DNA of 64,000 nucleotides, taken from positions 123,010,001-123,074,000 of the forward strand of contig CM059431.1 in the NCBI GenBank assembly GCA_030390025.1, read 5' to 3'. Below the pieces are notes generated by a model that worked only from the letters and a program-made list of their open reading frames with translations, did not search any database and was not told the DNA's origin. This DNA is from Squalus acanthias. Taxonomy: Eukaryota. Both the position numbers and the translations under genes were made by a program. Of this stretch, positions 10,127 to 23,082 are shown piece by piece (the first letter of the stretch is position 1; the number at the start of each line of letters is the position of its first letter).

Positions 10127-13100
10127 ATGACTGGGAGCGTGAAGGAAGAAACCACAGAGCAGGACAAGCTGCCAGAAGAGGGAGGAGGAGCACTCAGCAG
10201 GAGGCCATATCCACAGAGGATCTTCAGCAAGCACTTCTCATACATCAACTTCAATGAGCATCAATGTATGAGGCGCCTTCACTTTACCAAGGAGTTTGTC
10301 ACCAAGCTACGTCACCTGTTGGAGCCGCAACTGCAGCCTCAGACCAGAACATGGACAGCACTGCCTGTGGCTGTCAAGGTCACCGCCACCCTCAACTTCT
10401 CTGCCACGGGCTCCTTCCAGGCTGCAACAGGTGACCTTAGCAACAACTCCCAGTTTGCAGTACAGCAATGTATCAGGGAGGTTATCTCGCTCAATACAGC
10501 AAGAGAAACACATCTCCTTCTCTATTGACAGAGTGAAGCAGGACGAGAGAGCTCTAGTTTCGCCTCATGGAGGGTTTCTCATGGTGCAGGGTGCCATTGA
10601 CTGCATGCATATTGCCCTGCATGCTCCCCATGAGAACTGTGTAATATTTGTCAATCGAAAGGGATTCCACTCCCTCAACATTCATCTAGTTTGCACCCAC
10701 AGGTAGAGCATTATACAGGTCTGTGCCCATTATCCCATTAGCAGTCATGACGCTTTCATTCTGCATCAGTCCTCTGTGCTGCCTATATTACAACCAGACC
10801 TCCAACTTAAGGACTCGCAACTGGGCTACAAGGGTTATCCCCTCCAGACATGGCTCATGACTCTGGTTAGGAAATCGCGCACACCTGCACAGCTGGAGTA
10901 CAATGACAGCCACACTGCCACAAGGAAAATTATCGAGCGGACAATCAGCAACGCTTCCATTGCCTGGCCATTTAGGAGGAACACTGCAGTAGAGTTTTTT
11001 TTTAATTTGTTTATGGGATGTGGGCATCGCTGGCAAGGCCAGCATTTATTACCCATCCCTAATTGCCCTTGAGAAGGTGGTGGTGAGCCGCCTTCTTCAA
11101 CCGCTGCAGTCCATGAAGGTACTCCCGTGAAGGTACTCCCACAGTGCTGCTAGGGAGGGATTGCCAGGATTTTGACCCAGCGACGATGAAGGAACGGCGA
11201 TATATTGGAGGGGAACTTGGAGGTGATGGTGTCCCCACGCGCCTGCTGCCCTTGTTCTTCTAGATGGTACAGATCGTGGGTTTGGGAGGCGCTGTCGAAG
11301 AAGCCTTGGCAAGTTGCTGCAATGCATCTTGTAGATGGTACACATTGCAGCCACGGTACGCCAGTGGTGGAGGGAGTGATGGGGTGCCAATCAAGCAGGC
11401 TGCTTTGTCCTGGATGGTGTCAAGCTTCTTGAGTGTTGTTGGAGCTGCACTCATCCAGGCAAGTGGAGAGTATTCCATCACACTCTTGCCTTGTGCCTTG
11501 TAGATGGTGGAAAGGCTTTGGGGAGTCAGGAGCGAGACACTCGCTGCAGAATACCCAGCCTCTGACCTGCTCTTGTAGCCACAGTATTTATGTGGCTGGT
11601 CCAGTTAAGTTTCTGGTGAATGGTGACTCCCAGGATGTTGATGGTGGGGGCTTCAGCGATGGTTATGCAGTTGAATGTGAAGGGGCGGTGGTTAGACTCT
11701 CGCTTGTTGGAGATAGTCATTGCCTGGCACTTGTGTGGCGCAAATGTTACTTGCCACTTACCAGCCCAAGCCTGGATGTCATCCAGGTCTTGCGGCATGT
11801 GGGCATGGACTGCTTCATTATCAGTGGAGTTGCGAATGGAACCGAACACTGTGCAGTCGTCAACGAACATCCCCACTTCTGACCTTATGATGGAGGGGAG
11901 GTTATTGATGAAACAGCTGAAGATGGTTGGGCCTATGACACTGCCCTGAGGAACTCCTGAAGCAAAGTATTGGGGCTAAGATGATTGACCTCCAACAACC
12001 AGAACCAACTTTCTTTGTGTGAGGTATGACTCTAGCCAGTGGAGAGTTTTCCCCCTGATTCCCATTGACTTCAATTTTACTAGGGCTCCTTGATGCCACA
12101 CTCGGACAAATGCTGCCTTGATGTCAAGGGCAGTCACTATCACCTCACCTTTGGAATTCAGCTCTTTTGTCCATGTTTGGACCAAGGCTGTAATGAGGTC
12201 TGCAGGCGAGTGGTCCTGGCGGAACCCAAACTGAGCATCAGTGAGCAGGTTATTGGTGATTAAATGCCACTTGATAGCACATTCCACCACTTTGCTGATG
12301 ATTGAGAGTAGACTGATGGGGCAGGAATTGGCCAGATTAGATTTGTCCTGCTTTTTCTGGACAGGACATACCTGGGCAGTTTTCCACATTGTCGGATGGA
12401 TGCCAGTGTTGTGGCTGTACTGGAACAGCTTGTCTAGAGGTGCGGCTAGTTCTGGAGCACAAGTCTTCAGTACGACAGCCGGGATGTTGTCGGGGCCCAT
12501 AGCATTTGCTGTATCCAGTGCGCTCAGCCATTTCTTGATATCACGTGGAGTGAATCAAATTGGCTAAAGACTGGCTTCTGTGATGGTGGGGATATCAGGA
12601 GGAGGCCGAGATGGATCATCCACTCGTTACTTCTGGCTGAAGATGGTTGCAAACGCTTCAGCCTTGTCTTTTACACTTACATGTTGGGCTCCGCCATCAC
12701 TGAGGATAGGGATATTCATGGAGCCTCCTCCTCCCATTAGTTGTTTAATTGTCCACCACCATTCATGACTGGATGTGGCAGGACTGCAGAGCTTTGATCT
12801 GATCCGTTGATTGTTGGATCGCTTAGCCCTGTCTATAGCATGCTACTTCCGCTGTTTAGCATGCATGTAGTCCTGTGTTGCAGCTTCCCAGGTTGGCACC
12901 TCATTTTAGGTACACCTGGTGCTGCTCCTGGCATGCTCTTCTACACTCCTGATTGAACCACGATTGGTCCCCTGGCTTGATGGTAATGGTAGAGTGAGGG
13001 ATATGCCGGGCCATGAGATTACAGAATGTGGTGGAATACAATTCTGCTACTGCTGATGGCCCACAGCACCTCATGGATGTCCAGTTTTGAACTGCTAGGC

Positions 13101-13400
13101 CAGTTCTGAATCTATCCATTTAGCACAGGTGGTAGTGCCACACAACACAATGGAGGGTGTCCTCAGTGTGAAGACGGGACTTCGTCTCCACAATGACTGT
13201 GCAGTGGTCACTGCTACCAATACTGTCATGGACAGATGCATCGACAACAGGTAGATTGGTGAGGACGAGGTCAAGTAGATTTTTCCCTCGTGTTGAGCGG
13301 GTATTCAGATTTGTGGTCATATGCAGCATACAGCACAACTTCGCCATCATGAGGGACCAGCCCTGTGAACAGACAAATTGAGGATTATGAGCAGGTAGAG
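10127..13400 (+). pseudogene. Degenerate PIF/Harbinger DDE transposase (HARBI1-like), pieces ~10127-10990 and ~13294-13400 split by a LINE
   Basis: Motifs RRLHFTKE, VKVTATLNFSATGSFQ, VQGAIDCMHI, NRKGFHSLN, KGYPLQTWLMT, YNDSHTATRKIIERTI, then ERVFRFVVICSIQHNFAIMR across several frames. Confidence 0.88.
10995..13293 (-). mobile_element. CR1-group LINE with LF-SINE-type 3' tail, 5'-truncated
   Basis: ORF2 fragments GPDNIPAVVLK, PISLLSIISKV, ALDIKAAF, MFVDDCTV, MEYSPLAW; 3' end GGGCAATTAGGGATGGGTAATAAATGCTGGCCTTGCCAGCGATGCCCACATCCCA shared with SINEs at 30232 and 54190. Confidence 0.88.
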
Positions 13401-13760
13401 GACGAAGGGAAGGAAAAGAGGCAGCAACAAAGACAGCCCATTTTTGTCATGTCTGTACAAGAACAGCTGTTTGTGGAGTGCTTCCAGTAACCTCAGCTCC
13501 ACGTCTCCATTCACAAACAATTCCACACTCCTTAACTTTAATTTTACAAAAGTCATCACAATGTCCTCTTTTTCTCAAATTGTGTTGGTATCTCCCTCAC
13601 TTGACTGCAGACATAAAAACCAACACCAAATACAAATGAAAATCAAAATTTATTAATGGCATTCTTTACATAAAATGAAATAATCAGTATGTGCATTCCC
13701 TTAGTACCTGTATTTTATGTACCTTTCCATATTCTGGTGCTCTCACAGTGGCTTGGGCTT

Positions 13761-15055
13761 ACATAGAAACATAGAAACAGAGAAGATAGGAGCAGGAGTA
13801 GGCCATTCGGCCCCTCGAGCCTGCTCCACCATTCAATGCGATCATGGCTGATCATTCAAATTCAGTACCCTGTCACTGCTTTCTCCCCATATCACTTGAT
13901 CCCCTTAGCCTTAAGAAATATATCTAACTCCTTCTTGAATATATTTAATGGATTGGCCTCAACTGCCTTCTGTGGTAGAGAATTCCACAGGTTCACCACT
14001 CTCTGGGTGAAGAAATTCCTCCTCATCTCAGTCCTAAATGGCTTACCCCTTATCCTTAGTCTGTGACCCCTGGTTCTGGACTCCCCCGCCATCGGGAACA
14101 GCCTTCCTGCATTTAGTCTGTCTAGTCCTGTTAGAATTTTATAAGTTTCAATGAGATCCCCTCTCATTCTTCTAAACTCTAGCGAATATAAGCCTAATCG
14201 ACCCAATCTCTCTTCATATGTCATTCCTGCCATCCCAGGTATCAGTCTGGTGAATCTTCGCTGTACTCCCTCCATGGCAAGAACATCCTTCCTCAGATAA
14301 GGTGACCAAAACTGCACACAATACTCAAGGCGTGGTCACACCAGGTCCCTGTACAACTGCAGCAAGACATCCTTGCTCCTGTACTCGAATCCTCTCGCTA
14401 TGAAGGCCAACATACCATTTGACTTCTTAACCGCCTGCTGCACCTACATGCTTACCTTCAGCGACTGGTGCACAAGGACACCCAGGTCTCGTTACACTTC
14501 CCCTTTTCCCAATCTAGTGCCGTTCAGATAATATTCTGCCTTCCTGTTTTTGCCACCAAAGTGGATAACCTTGCATTTATCCACATTATACTGCATCTGC
14601 CATGCATCTGCCCAATCACCCAACCTGTCCAGATCATTCTGGAGTTTCTCTGCATCCTCCTCACAGCACACATGCCCACCCAGCTTTGTCGTCTGCAAAC
14701 TTGGAGATATTACATCTAGTTCTCTCGTCTAGATCATTAATATATATTGTAAATAACTGGGGTCCTAGCACCGATCCCTGCGGTACCCCACTAGTCACTG
14801 CCTGTCACTCGAAAAAAGACCCGTTTATTCCAACTCTTTGCTTCTTGTCTGCCAACCAGTTTTCTATCCTTACTCCCAATCCCATGTGCTTTAACTTTGC
14901 ATGCTAATCTCTTATGCGGGACCTTATCGAAAGCCTTCTGAAAGTCCAAATACACCACATCCACTGGTTCTCCCTTATCTATTCTATCAGTTACATCCTC
15001 AAAAAATTCCAGTAGATTAGTCAAGCATGATTTACCTTTTGTAAATCCATGTTGA
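13761..15055 (-). mobile_element. CR1 LINE 3' fragment (second subfamily, (CATAGAAA)n tail)
   Basis: ORFs 13892..14317, 14492..14698, 14791..15171 with YLDFQKAFDKVPH, QFWSPYLRKD, RRMRGDLIETYKI; closely similar to 60085-61060. Confidence 0.92.
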
Positions 15056-15253
15056 CTTTGTCTCTGGCTTGGGATGTGGAAGACTGCTGAGCTTCCATTG
15101 AGGAGACTGCAAATGGACGGAGGGCCTCTTTGAGCCGCTCTGGGCCTAAAGAACCCGGCTGCAGGCTGCACCTTTTCGGTCTGAGCTGCAACAGACTAGG
15201 CAGATGGCTAATAGGCAATAGCAAGTGCACTGACGGAGTGGCAGGGGTGGGGG

Positions 15254-15254
<1 letters not shown>

Positions 15255-15342
<88 letters not shown>
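15255..15342. repeat. (GAAA)n microsatellite, about 22 units
   Basis: Perfect tetranucleotide run seeded by the SINE TCTT tail. Confidence 0.97.
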
Positions 15343-15343
<1 letters not shown>

Positions 15344-15665
15344 TAAGACTTGGATTCATATAGCGCCTTTCACGACCACTGGACGTCTCAAAGCGCTTTA
15401 CAGCCAATGAAGTACATTTTTGAAATATAGTCACTGTTGTAATGTAGGATACGTGGCAGCCAATTTGCACACAGCAAGCTCCCACAAACAGCAATGTGAT
15501 AATGACCAGATAATCTTTTTTTTAGTGATGTTGATTGAGGGAGAAATATTGGCAGTGATACCAGTGATAACTCCCCTGCTCTTCTTCAAAATAGTGCCAT
15601 AGGATCTTTTACGTCCACCTGAGAGGGCAGATGGGGCCTCGGTTTAACATCTCATCTGAAAGATC
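15255..15665 (-). mobile_element. Deu-domain SINE 3' half with expanded tail
   Basis: Matches 26463-26908; tail expanded to (GAAA)n. Confidence 0.85.
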
Positions 15666-16990
15666 GTATCTGTCTGAGCTTCCATGGCAGAATTTTGTGT
15701 TGCTGTCAAATTGGTCATGGTGTGCTCCATCATGGCGGGTTCCACAGGTCTGCTGATGGAAGTGACCACCTGTTCCACGTTGGAAAGCATGGGCTCCAAG
15801 CTCTGCGCAAAGCCCTACGCCAAACTGAAGATGGACTCCTCCATGCTCTGCGACATTGTCCGCAAGCTCTCCAGCAGGCTTCCCAGTGCACCATGCATTT
15901 CTTGGTGTATGCCCATTAGCCTTCATCTGTAGCCTGGGTCATTGAAGTCCATATCTGAGTCTTCTGCAGCAGAACTAGTGTGCGACCTCACCCTCTGGTA
16001 AGTTGGCACCTGTGGGAATCTGCCCCCCCCCTTCCTGACTCCTGTGCACTTGTGCCTGGCGACTCACCACACACAGATCCCTCCTCTGGCGCAGCCTCTA
16101 AAGTCTGTGTAGTATCAGTCTCTGAGCTGGCGGCTGCAAAATTAAGATCAAGTGAGGGTGCATCTTCATCATCGCTCTCTTCATCTTCCTCCACTGTCTG
16201 AGGAATGTCAACATTCTGACAACCTGAAATGAAAAAGGGACAAGGGTTTGGTTGTGGTGTGGGGAGGGCAAAGAGGAAGAAGGATATGCTGACAGCATTT
16301 GCAACTTGTCATGCAGTGTGTGTGCGGTATGGGAGAAGTGAGAGGAGAGAAGTAGAATTAGGTCTGCAGAAATCCTGCTCAGTGATTCCTCCAGCATTGC
16401 CAGTGGCTATGGCCTCTGCTTCGCCCCTCCCCATTATAGTCAGCACTGTCTCCTCAAGGATGTGAAGTCACGCTGCTCCTCCACCAGTTGCAATCTGCTG
16501 CCTCAGATTACGTGCCACCTTTTGCATGAAAGGACGAAGTGTGTTAGTGAGAGTCTTGCAACATATTTGGGTGATGTGGCTGTGAATCACACACCACGAT
16601 CTCCACGCCCATTCTTCCGCACTATCTATTTTAACCCCCAAGTTCATTCTTTCTTCAAAATCTTACATCTGAATTCACTTCCTGCCGACAAAATCTTATT
16701 TCTGCTTGTCATGTTTCAGTCACATTTTTGTGTCAACTTTTCTCATTATAAATTCCGATGTCCGCATTTATAATGGAAACTGCCAATATAAATGTGTTAC
16801 ACTGTGATTACACTGACCCACCAGTGGTGATACTGTAATGTCTCAGTTATGTGTCACCCAGCTCCTCAGCCTGTACTGCAGAGGAACTTTTATGCTTCAA
16901 CCCACTTCCCAAAATGTCATAAGGTTCACTAGTTAACTATAAATAATAATATCAAATCAAAGTATTATACAAAAATAAGGACAGAGTGTA

Positions 16991-18784
16991 GGGCCGGAAT
17001 TTTGCCGGCACTCAGCAGACGGGATGGTTGGCGGGTCAGCTGTTAAATTTAAAATGATTGATAGCGGGTCGGGAACACGCTGCCAAAACATGCACACTGG
17101 ACTTTCCCAATGTCGGGTCTGCTAGCGCTGAGCAGACCTGACAGGCAGCGGCGGGGGAAGCAGTTAAGATCATTAGAGGCCTGTTTACAGCCACTTAACC
17201 ATGGTTTTTTCCCAGCTTTTTGAATTTGACAGGTCGTCCACTGGTTTTCCACTGTGCCTAGACCTCATCTGTCAAGCTGTGGGGGGAGGTCAGTGGCCAT
17301 TGAATCAGCTGTTGATTTGACAGCTTCAAATGTAGAGTAAAAGCTCCCACCTTAAAGAGATATCTTCCCTCAGCCAGAAACTCTTCCTCACTGCATTTCC
17401 ACAACAGATTCACCGTGCTGCAAGTCTTTACACAAGTCTCCATCCAGTATGACCTCATTATCTCTCTCAACATTGACAGATCGCTTCTATCATCTCTGCT
17501 TCACCTGCCATCTATTCCATCAGCATGGGTGCCCTTTCTACTCTCTCACCTTGGTCCTCAGAATCCAACCACGATCAGCGCCAGCAGCACCAGCACCAGG
17601 CACACCAGCAGCATCAGGCACACCAGCTGCACCAACAACAACACCTACCTTCTCCGCAACAACTGAAACTGCACAGGACACAGGGCATCAGCACCCAACC
17701 ACATTGCAGCCCAGGAGGCCAGGGATGGCCTCACCATGGCCAGATTTACTTCACTTGACGCTGTACACCCTGGCTGCCACATGATGCGCCAGGTTGGCAC
17801 CACCCCACACCAACAACATAAAGCATCCCTACAATGTCCAAGCCATTCCTTTCATGCTCATCACCATTGCAGGGGTGGTACCTTTATGTCTCACCATTCA
17901 CTGCAACTCACTAAGCCACTTCCAAAGGTGCACACAAATTTGTCCAAGAATGCTAAGTGTTTAAAATAAAGGTTTCAATGTTTGGCACCACATTAACAGA
18001 AACTTTACATGAACATTGGCTAAAACACCCAAGTGACTTCCTTCTGTGTTGTTAGTTGGTATGATTGCACTAGGATGAGAGTGAGTGTGTGTGAGGGGTG
18101 GCTAGTGAGATGGGAATGTGATAATGTAGATAGAGAGGGAAGGATGGACGTGCAAGATAAGTTGGTGTGAGAAGGATGTGCAGGAGTAGGGTAGGGAAGG
18201 CAGAGTGATGGGGATGTGTTGAGAGACACAGCAGGATGAGGTTGAGTGTGGCTTTGTACTAACGTTTCGTGATCTACTGAGATAATTGAAAAGTTTGCGA
18301 CACTGCACCCTGGTCCTCCTGACGACATCCCTGCTTGTGCCCTCCTCTGCAATGTGCAACCAGGCTGTGTTGATCTCCTGGGGAGGTCTCTTCCGCCCAT
18401 GGGAAGGGAAGAGGACCTCCCTGTGTGCTGTGACTCCCTCCATAAGCATATGGAGGGAGTCATGGGAGAGCCTCGGTGCAGCCCTGCACCTCTGTGCAGT
18501 GCTTGTCAGTGTTTGCAGCACCTCAATGCTGTAGAACACGGACAACACAAATGTCAAAATAAATTTGGCCATGGTCCCTTTAAGGTAACCGGCTGATGAC
18601 GCGTCATCAGATGACGTCATTAGACCCGCTTCCTCTTATTGGCCAGGCAATGCGCTGGGCGGGCCTAACAAGCCCTGTCAGGGGAAATTCATTTCAGAGG
18701 CCGGGATGGAGCCAGCAGCGGGGTTGAGACCCGCCACCGACGTCACCCGCCATGGACCCGCCGAGTTAAGTAAAATCGCGGCCT
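16991..18784. mobile_element. Non-autonomous Harbinger family B, long (~1.8 kb) form retaining a Myb/SANT-like exon on the minus strand
   Basis: TIRs GGGCCGGAATTTT / AAAATCGCGGCCT; ORF 18102..18620 contains PRLSHDSLHMLMEGV..REVLFP..AWLHIAEEG..RRTRVQCRKLFNYL (Myb/SANT-like); second copy at ~41150-42914. Confidence 0.85.
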
Positions 18785-20469
18785 ATGACTTTAAAATAGG
18801 GTCAGATATTTATGTCTGTGCGTCCTGGTCCATTTATGCCCTACCCTCTAACCCCAGTTTACCTGAGGACTACACTTAGCCTTGACTCCCTGTGTGTCAC
18901 ATTACGGGAGATCGACTAGTACTGTAATATATACGTTTTCTTGTGACTGCGCGAGCTTCCTGTTGTCATACTTTCTGTGTCAGTATTTTGTCATGCCTTG
19001 CGGCATTCGGTAATATATGGCAGATAACACTGTATCACCTGCTTAAATCACCATTATACTAATCCTTCATTATTTTTCAGTCCCTCAACAATGAGTGGAA
19101 TTGTCATGCGAGTCCCCCAGGTCCACCCCCAATATTGTTTTTCATTTGACGTGAAGTTAAATTTCATTTTCAATTCAGCGTATTTTTATCCTTTATTTTT
19201 AATCGCATTTATTTATTTCGATTGATATCATCTCCTGAGCCCCTAGCAACCACCTGAAAAATGTTGGTCCCGCTCTCCTGCTGTCCTATTAGGCCCTAGG
19301 AATTTCCCAAGCATTCCTCGCACTTCGATCCTGACAGGACTTGACATTACCCCTCCAGCTCCCTGCTGGCTACTCTTCATGCTTTAGCCACAATAAAGGA
19401 TGCTTTATATATATATTTACAACATTAACCGCACTAGACGACTGCTCCACTCTAGCCCTCCCATCACCAGATGCCTAATCTTCATGGCACAGAACCGCTC
19501 CAAGACTAATTGCTGCCACACATGAGGCTCCCCCTAATTGCCTAATCTTCACAGCTTCAGCCACATCAACACTGCCTGGAAGGTAACATTTCAGTCTAAG
19601 GTCTATTACGTATTCTGTTTTCTAACAAACACTAAACATACATTTAGCTCCAGCAGACCATTTAAAGTCTTCTTTTCTTCAGACGTAACATTAAGGGCAG
19701 CTACAGGTCGGGGCAAAAAGCAATTCTACCCACACTACCTTATCCCAGCGATTCCAGGGTTCACACACTCCAACCCCCCTTCAAGTCCTCACTGTTCCTG
19801 GACCCCCACCAAGTGCTAACACATCCTCTTCATACTACTCCTCCAACCCACCCAAGTGCCTGACTCACCATCAGAGACGAGCTGCTCGTATATATTAAAT
19901 GGATTAGATTCAGCAGTGTTTCTTTATTATCTTACAGTATATAACACTTACCAAATAATGTATTCTGTTCCAGGACATAGAATTTGATTTTAGAAGCAAG
20001 ATAAGATTACAATGACTGATAGTCCTACTTGATTTCTCCCTAAATCTAAAATAAATGGAGTATTTTTAACAGATTTGATTTTTAAAAATTTGAGCAATTC
20101 CTTGAATTACAAAGTAGAGATCTAGAAGCTATTTTTTAACTGAACTTTTTTTGCTGACATTATTTGATTAAAATTCGTTGTGGTACAAATTCCTGCTTGT
20201 GCATTATTCTGGCCAAAACGGTGAAATGAGGGAGATATTGCCGACTTTTAGCTTATGGCCATGCCCGCCAGAAATTTGTGGTTAGCCTAAATTTACTATT
20301 CCAGGCGAGCTTCCTTCTGCACCATGAGTTGCCTATGGTAACTTGTGCACACTTGCTAGAAATTTTAAGCATTGCTGTATCTATTTAAAGGTCTGCAGCA
20401 GCCATTCACAGCCCATTCATCTGAAGTGAATAGAAGAGAAAGGGATTGAAGCTGTGCACTCTTGTGTGC

Positions 20470-20700
20470 AGTGGAAGGTGTCAGACATTTCATGGTTACC
20501 TTTACAGGTGGTGCCCTTGAGGTGCTACTGCATGCAGTGAATCAAGTAAAGGTTGCTCTGATTGACCTTCCCCAGAGAAGAATCTCTCAAATTGCCTGGC
20601 AGGACATAGCTGACAAAGTGATTATTCTCTAAAACAACCAGAGCACCGAGCAGCTAATGTGAAAGATAGCAGATCTGAAGAAAGCTATCAAGGTAACTGC
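20470..20700 (+). pseudogene. Old Harbinger Myb/SANT-like exon relic
   Basis: FTGGALEVLLHAV..AWQDIADKV-like peptide ending in AAG|GTAA, same layout as exon 1 at 48042-48285. Confidence 0.5.
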
Positions 20701-21299
20701 AACATTTTGGGATTTTTATGTATTTGGTCTGGAAGGGATTTTGGTTTAATTTGTACTATGTTATTGCTATAAGGCAAGGTTCGGTTTACAAAGCATTAAC
20801 TGCTAGAGATACACAAGCTAATTAGAATGCCGATTGGATGTTTAAGTAGAATATCAGGCAGGCCAGCTGTTATAGCTAATGGACAATATCTCAGAGGTCA
20901 ATCAGCAGATGGTTATATCAGTAAAAGAAATGTCTTTGGCCATCAATATAGATGGTATTCTTTGCTTTCAATTTATGTGGATGGAGCACCCATTGTGGGT
21001 CAACTTAATCAAAAAAGCACAGACACATGGGGGTAGAAATTTCTCTGGAACGGTAGCGCAAAACGGGAGACAGCGAATTAGCGCCCGTTTGACACTACGC
21101 CCAATTTTCTTTTCCTCAATGGTTAATCGAGCATTCTGTGTAAAATAAACCAGTTTGCTGGTTTATAGTCAGCCTCAACTCACTAGAATGCTTTTCAGTT
21201 CACTTTCCAAAAAAAGACAAGAGAATACATATGGCAGCACCTGTGAGGGCAAAGTAGCCAGTGCATGTCAAAAAGAGTCTACCGTTGTGATCCCTGGTT

Positions 21300-21882
21300 T
21301 ATGGCACCATGTACAGCAGGCACCTCAAAGCACTGGAGAGGTACCACCAACGCTGCCTCTGCAAGATCCTGCAAATCCATTGGCAAGATAGATGCACCAA
21401 CGTCAGTGTTCTCACTCAGGCCAACATCCCCAGCATCGAAGCTTTAACCACGCTCGATCAGCTCCGATGGACGGGCCACATCATCCGCATGCCCAATACG
21501 AAACTCCCAAAGCAAGGACTCTACTCGGAGCTCCGACACAGCAAGAGAGCCCCAGGTGGGCAGAGGAAACACTTCAATGACACCCTCAAAGCCTCCTTGA
21601 AAAAATGCAATATCCCCACCGACACCTGAGAATCTCTGGCCCAAGAGCGCACAAAGTGGAAGAGAAGCATCTGGGAAGGCGCCAAACACCTCAAGTCTCT
21701 TCGCCGGGAGCAAGAGGAAGCCAAGCGCAAACAGCGGAAGGAACACACGTCAACCCAAGCACCCCACCCACCCGCCCCTTCAACCACCGTCTGCCCCACC
21801 TGTGACAGAGACTGTAGATCCTGCATTGGACTCATCAGCCACCTGAGAACTCATTTTTAGTGCGGAAGCAAGTCATCCTCGA
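21300..21882 (+). mobile_element. RTE LINE 3' fragment, same family as 801-2989
   Basis: ORF 21309..21629 (LERYHQRCLCKILQIHWQD, QLRWTGHIIRM); nucleotide match to 2385-2960. Confidence 0.92.
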
Positions 21883-22096
21883 ACATTGAACAAGACATTG
21901 GGCAGTTAAAGTGCTCTCTAGATCATAGGCAATGCGGAATCCAATTAAGAAAGTGACCAGTGATGCTGAACCTGAGAGAATACCTACTGTAGACCCATAA
22001 AATATAATGATGCGGAGATGCCGGTGTTGGACTGGGGTGGACAAAAATGAGAAGTCGCACAACACCAGGTTATAGTCCAACAGTTTTATTTAAAAT

Positions 22097-22132
22097 TACG
22101 AGCTTTCGGAGCGCTGCTCCTTCTTCAGGTAC
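22097..22132 (-). ncRNA. Minimal type I hammerhead ribozyme of PLE, canonical core
   Basis: Minus strand GTAC-CTGAAGA-A-GGAGC AGC GCTCC-GAAA-GC-TC-GTA: CUGANGA and GAAA boxes, 5-bp stem II, UH cleavage site, short stem I TAC/GTA. Confidence 0.8.
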
Positions 22133-22389
22133 AAGTACAGTGAGGGAATACAAATCGGCAGTATATATACACAGAGAGCAATTTGTCTGCAGAGATACAA
22201 TCTGTTAGGAAGATATTACATCAAAGACACCTCAGAGTACAGCTAAGACAATGAGGTGGGTCACAGGGGGTCCAATGTGTCAAATGTTGCCGTCTGCAGT
22301 TGAGTTTTTAACTTTTTTTTTGGTTTTTTTTTTGGTTGTTTTTTTTTCTCTGTTTTTTTTAAACTGGAAAGACAGACAACGATGTCGAG

Positions 22390-23082
22390 TCACGTTCTGT
22401 AGCATGACATGAACCCGAGGTCCCTATTGAGGCCATCCTCATGGGTGCGGAACTTGGCTATCAGTTTCTGCTCGATGATTTTGCGTTGTCGTGTGTCTCG
22501 AAGGCCGCCTTGGAGAACGCTAACCCACAGATCCGAGGCTGAATGTCCTTGACTGCTGAAGTGTTCCCTGACTGGGAGGTAACAATCCTGCCTGGCGATT
22601 GTTGCGCAGTGTCCGTTCATACGTTGTGTCAGTGTCTGCATGGTCTCGCCGATGTACCATGCTCCGGTGCATCCTTTCCTGCAACGTATGAGGTAGACAA
22701 CGTTGGCCGAGTCACATGAGTATGTACCATGTACCTGGTGGGTAGTGTCCTCACGTGTGATGATGGTATCTGTGTTGATGATCTGGCATGTCTTGCAGAG
22801 CTTGCCGTGGCAGAGTTGTGTGGTGTCGTGGTCGCTGTTCTCCTGACAGCTGGGTAATTTGCTGCGAACGATGGTACTTTTGAGGTTAGGCGGCTGCTTG
22901 AAGGCGAGTAGTGGAGGCGTGGGGATGGCCTTAGCGAGGTGTTTGTCGTCATTGATGACATGTTGAAGGCTGCGAGGAACATGGTGTAGTTTCTCCGCTC
23001 CGGGGAAGTACTGGACGACGTAGGGTACTCTGTTGGTTGTGTCCCATGTTCGCCTTCTGAGGAGGTCTATGCGGTTTTTCAC
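22390..23082 (-). pseudogene. PLE ORF C-terminus: linker with Cys motif plus GIY-YIG endonuclease (RT domain lost by truncation)
   Basis: PPLLAFKQPPNL, CHGKLCKTC, VVYLIRCRKGC..WYIGET..QRMNGH, VREHFSSQGHS, EQKLIAKFRT..GLN; the Cys linker resembles Neptune-type PLEs. Confidence 0.9.

Larger units (their letters stand above)
15060..16590 (-). pseudogene. Remnant of the Harbinger second (Myb/SANT-like) gene, convergent on the transposase at 10127, split by a SINE
   Basis: Homologous to exons 2-3 of the Myb gene at 48572-49935 (EEDEESDDEDAPSLDL..AASSETDT; acceptor TTGTCCCTTTTTCATTTCAG). Confidence 0.7.

Noticed and set aside
15021..15494. ORF with FFLS repeats (and KERK repeats on the other strand)
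   Set aside because: Translation of the (GAAA)n microsatellite and SINE.
17525..17758. Q/H-rich ORF resembling a transcription factor low-complexity region
   Set aside because: CAG/CAC repeat within family B element, present also at 41669..41917 with differing length; probably the decayed transposase N-terminus.
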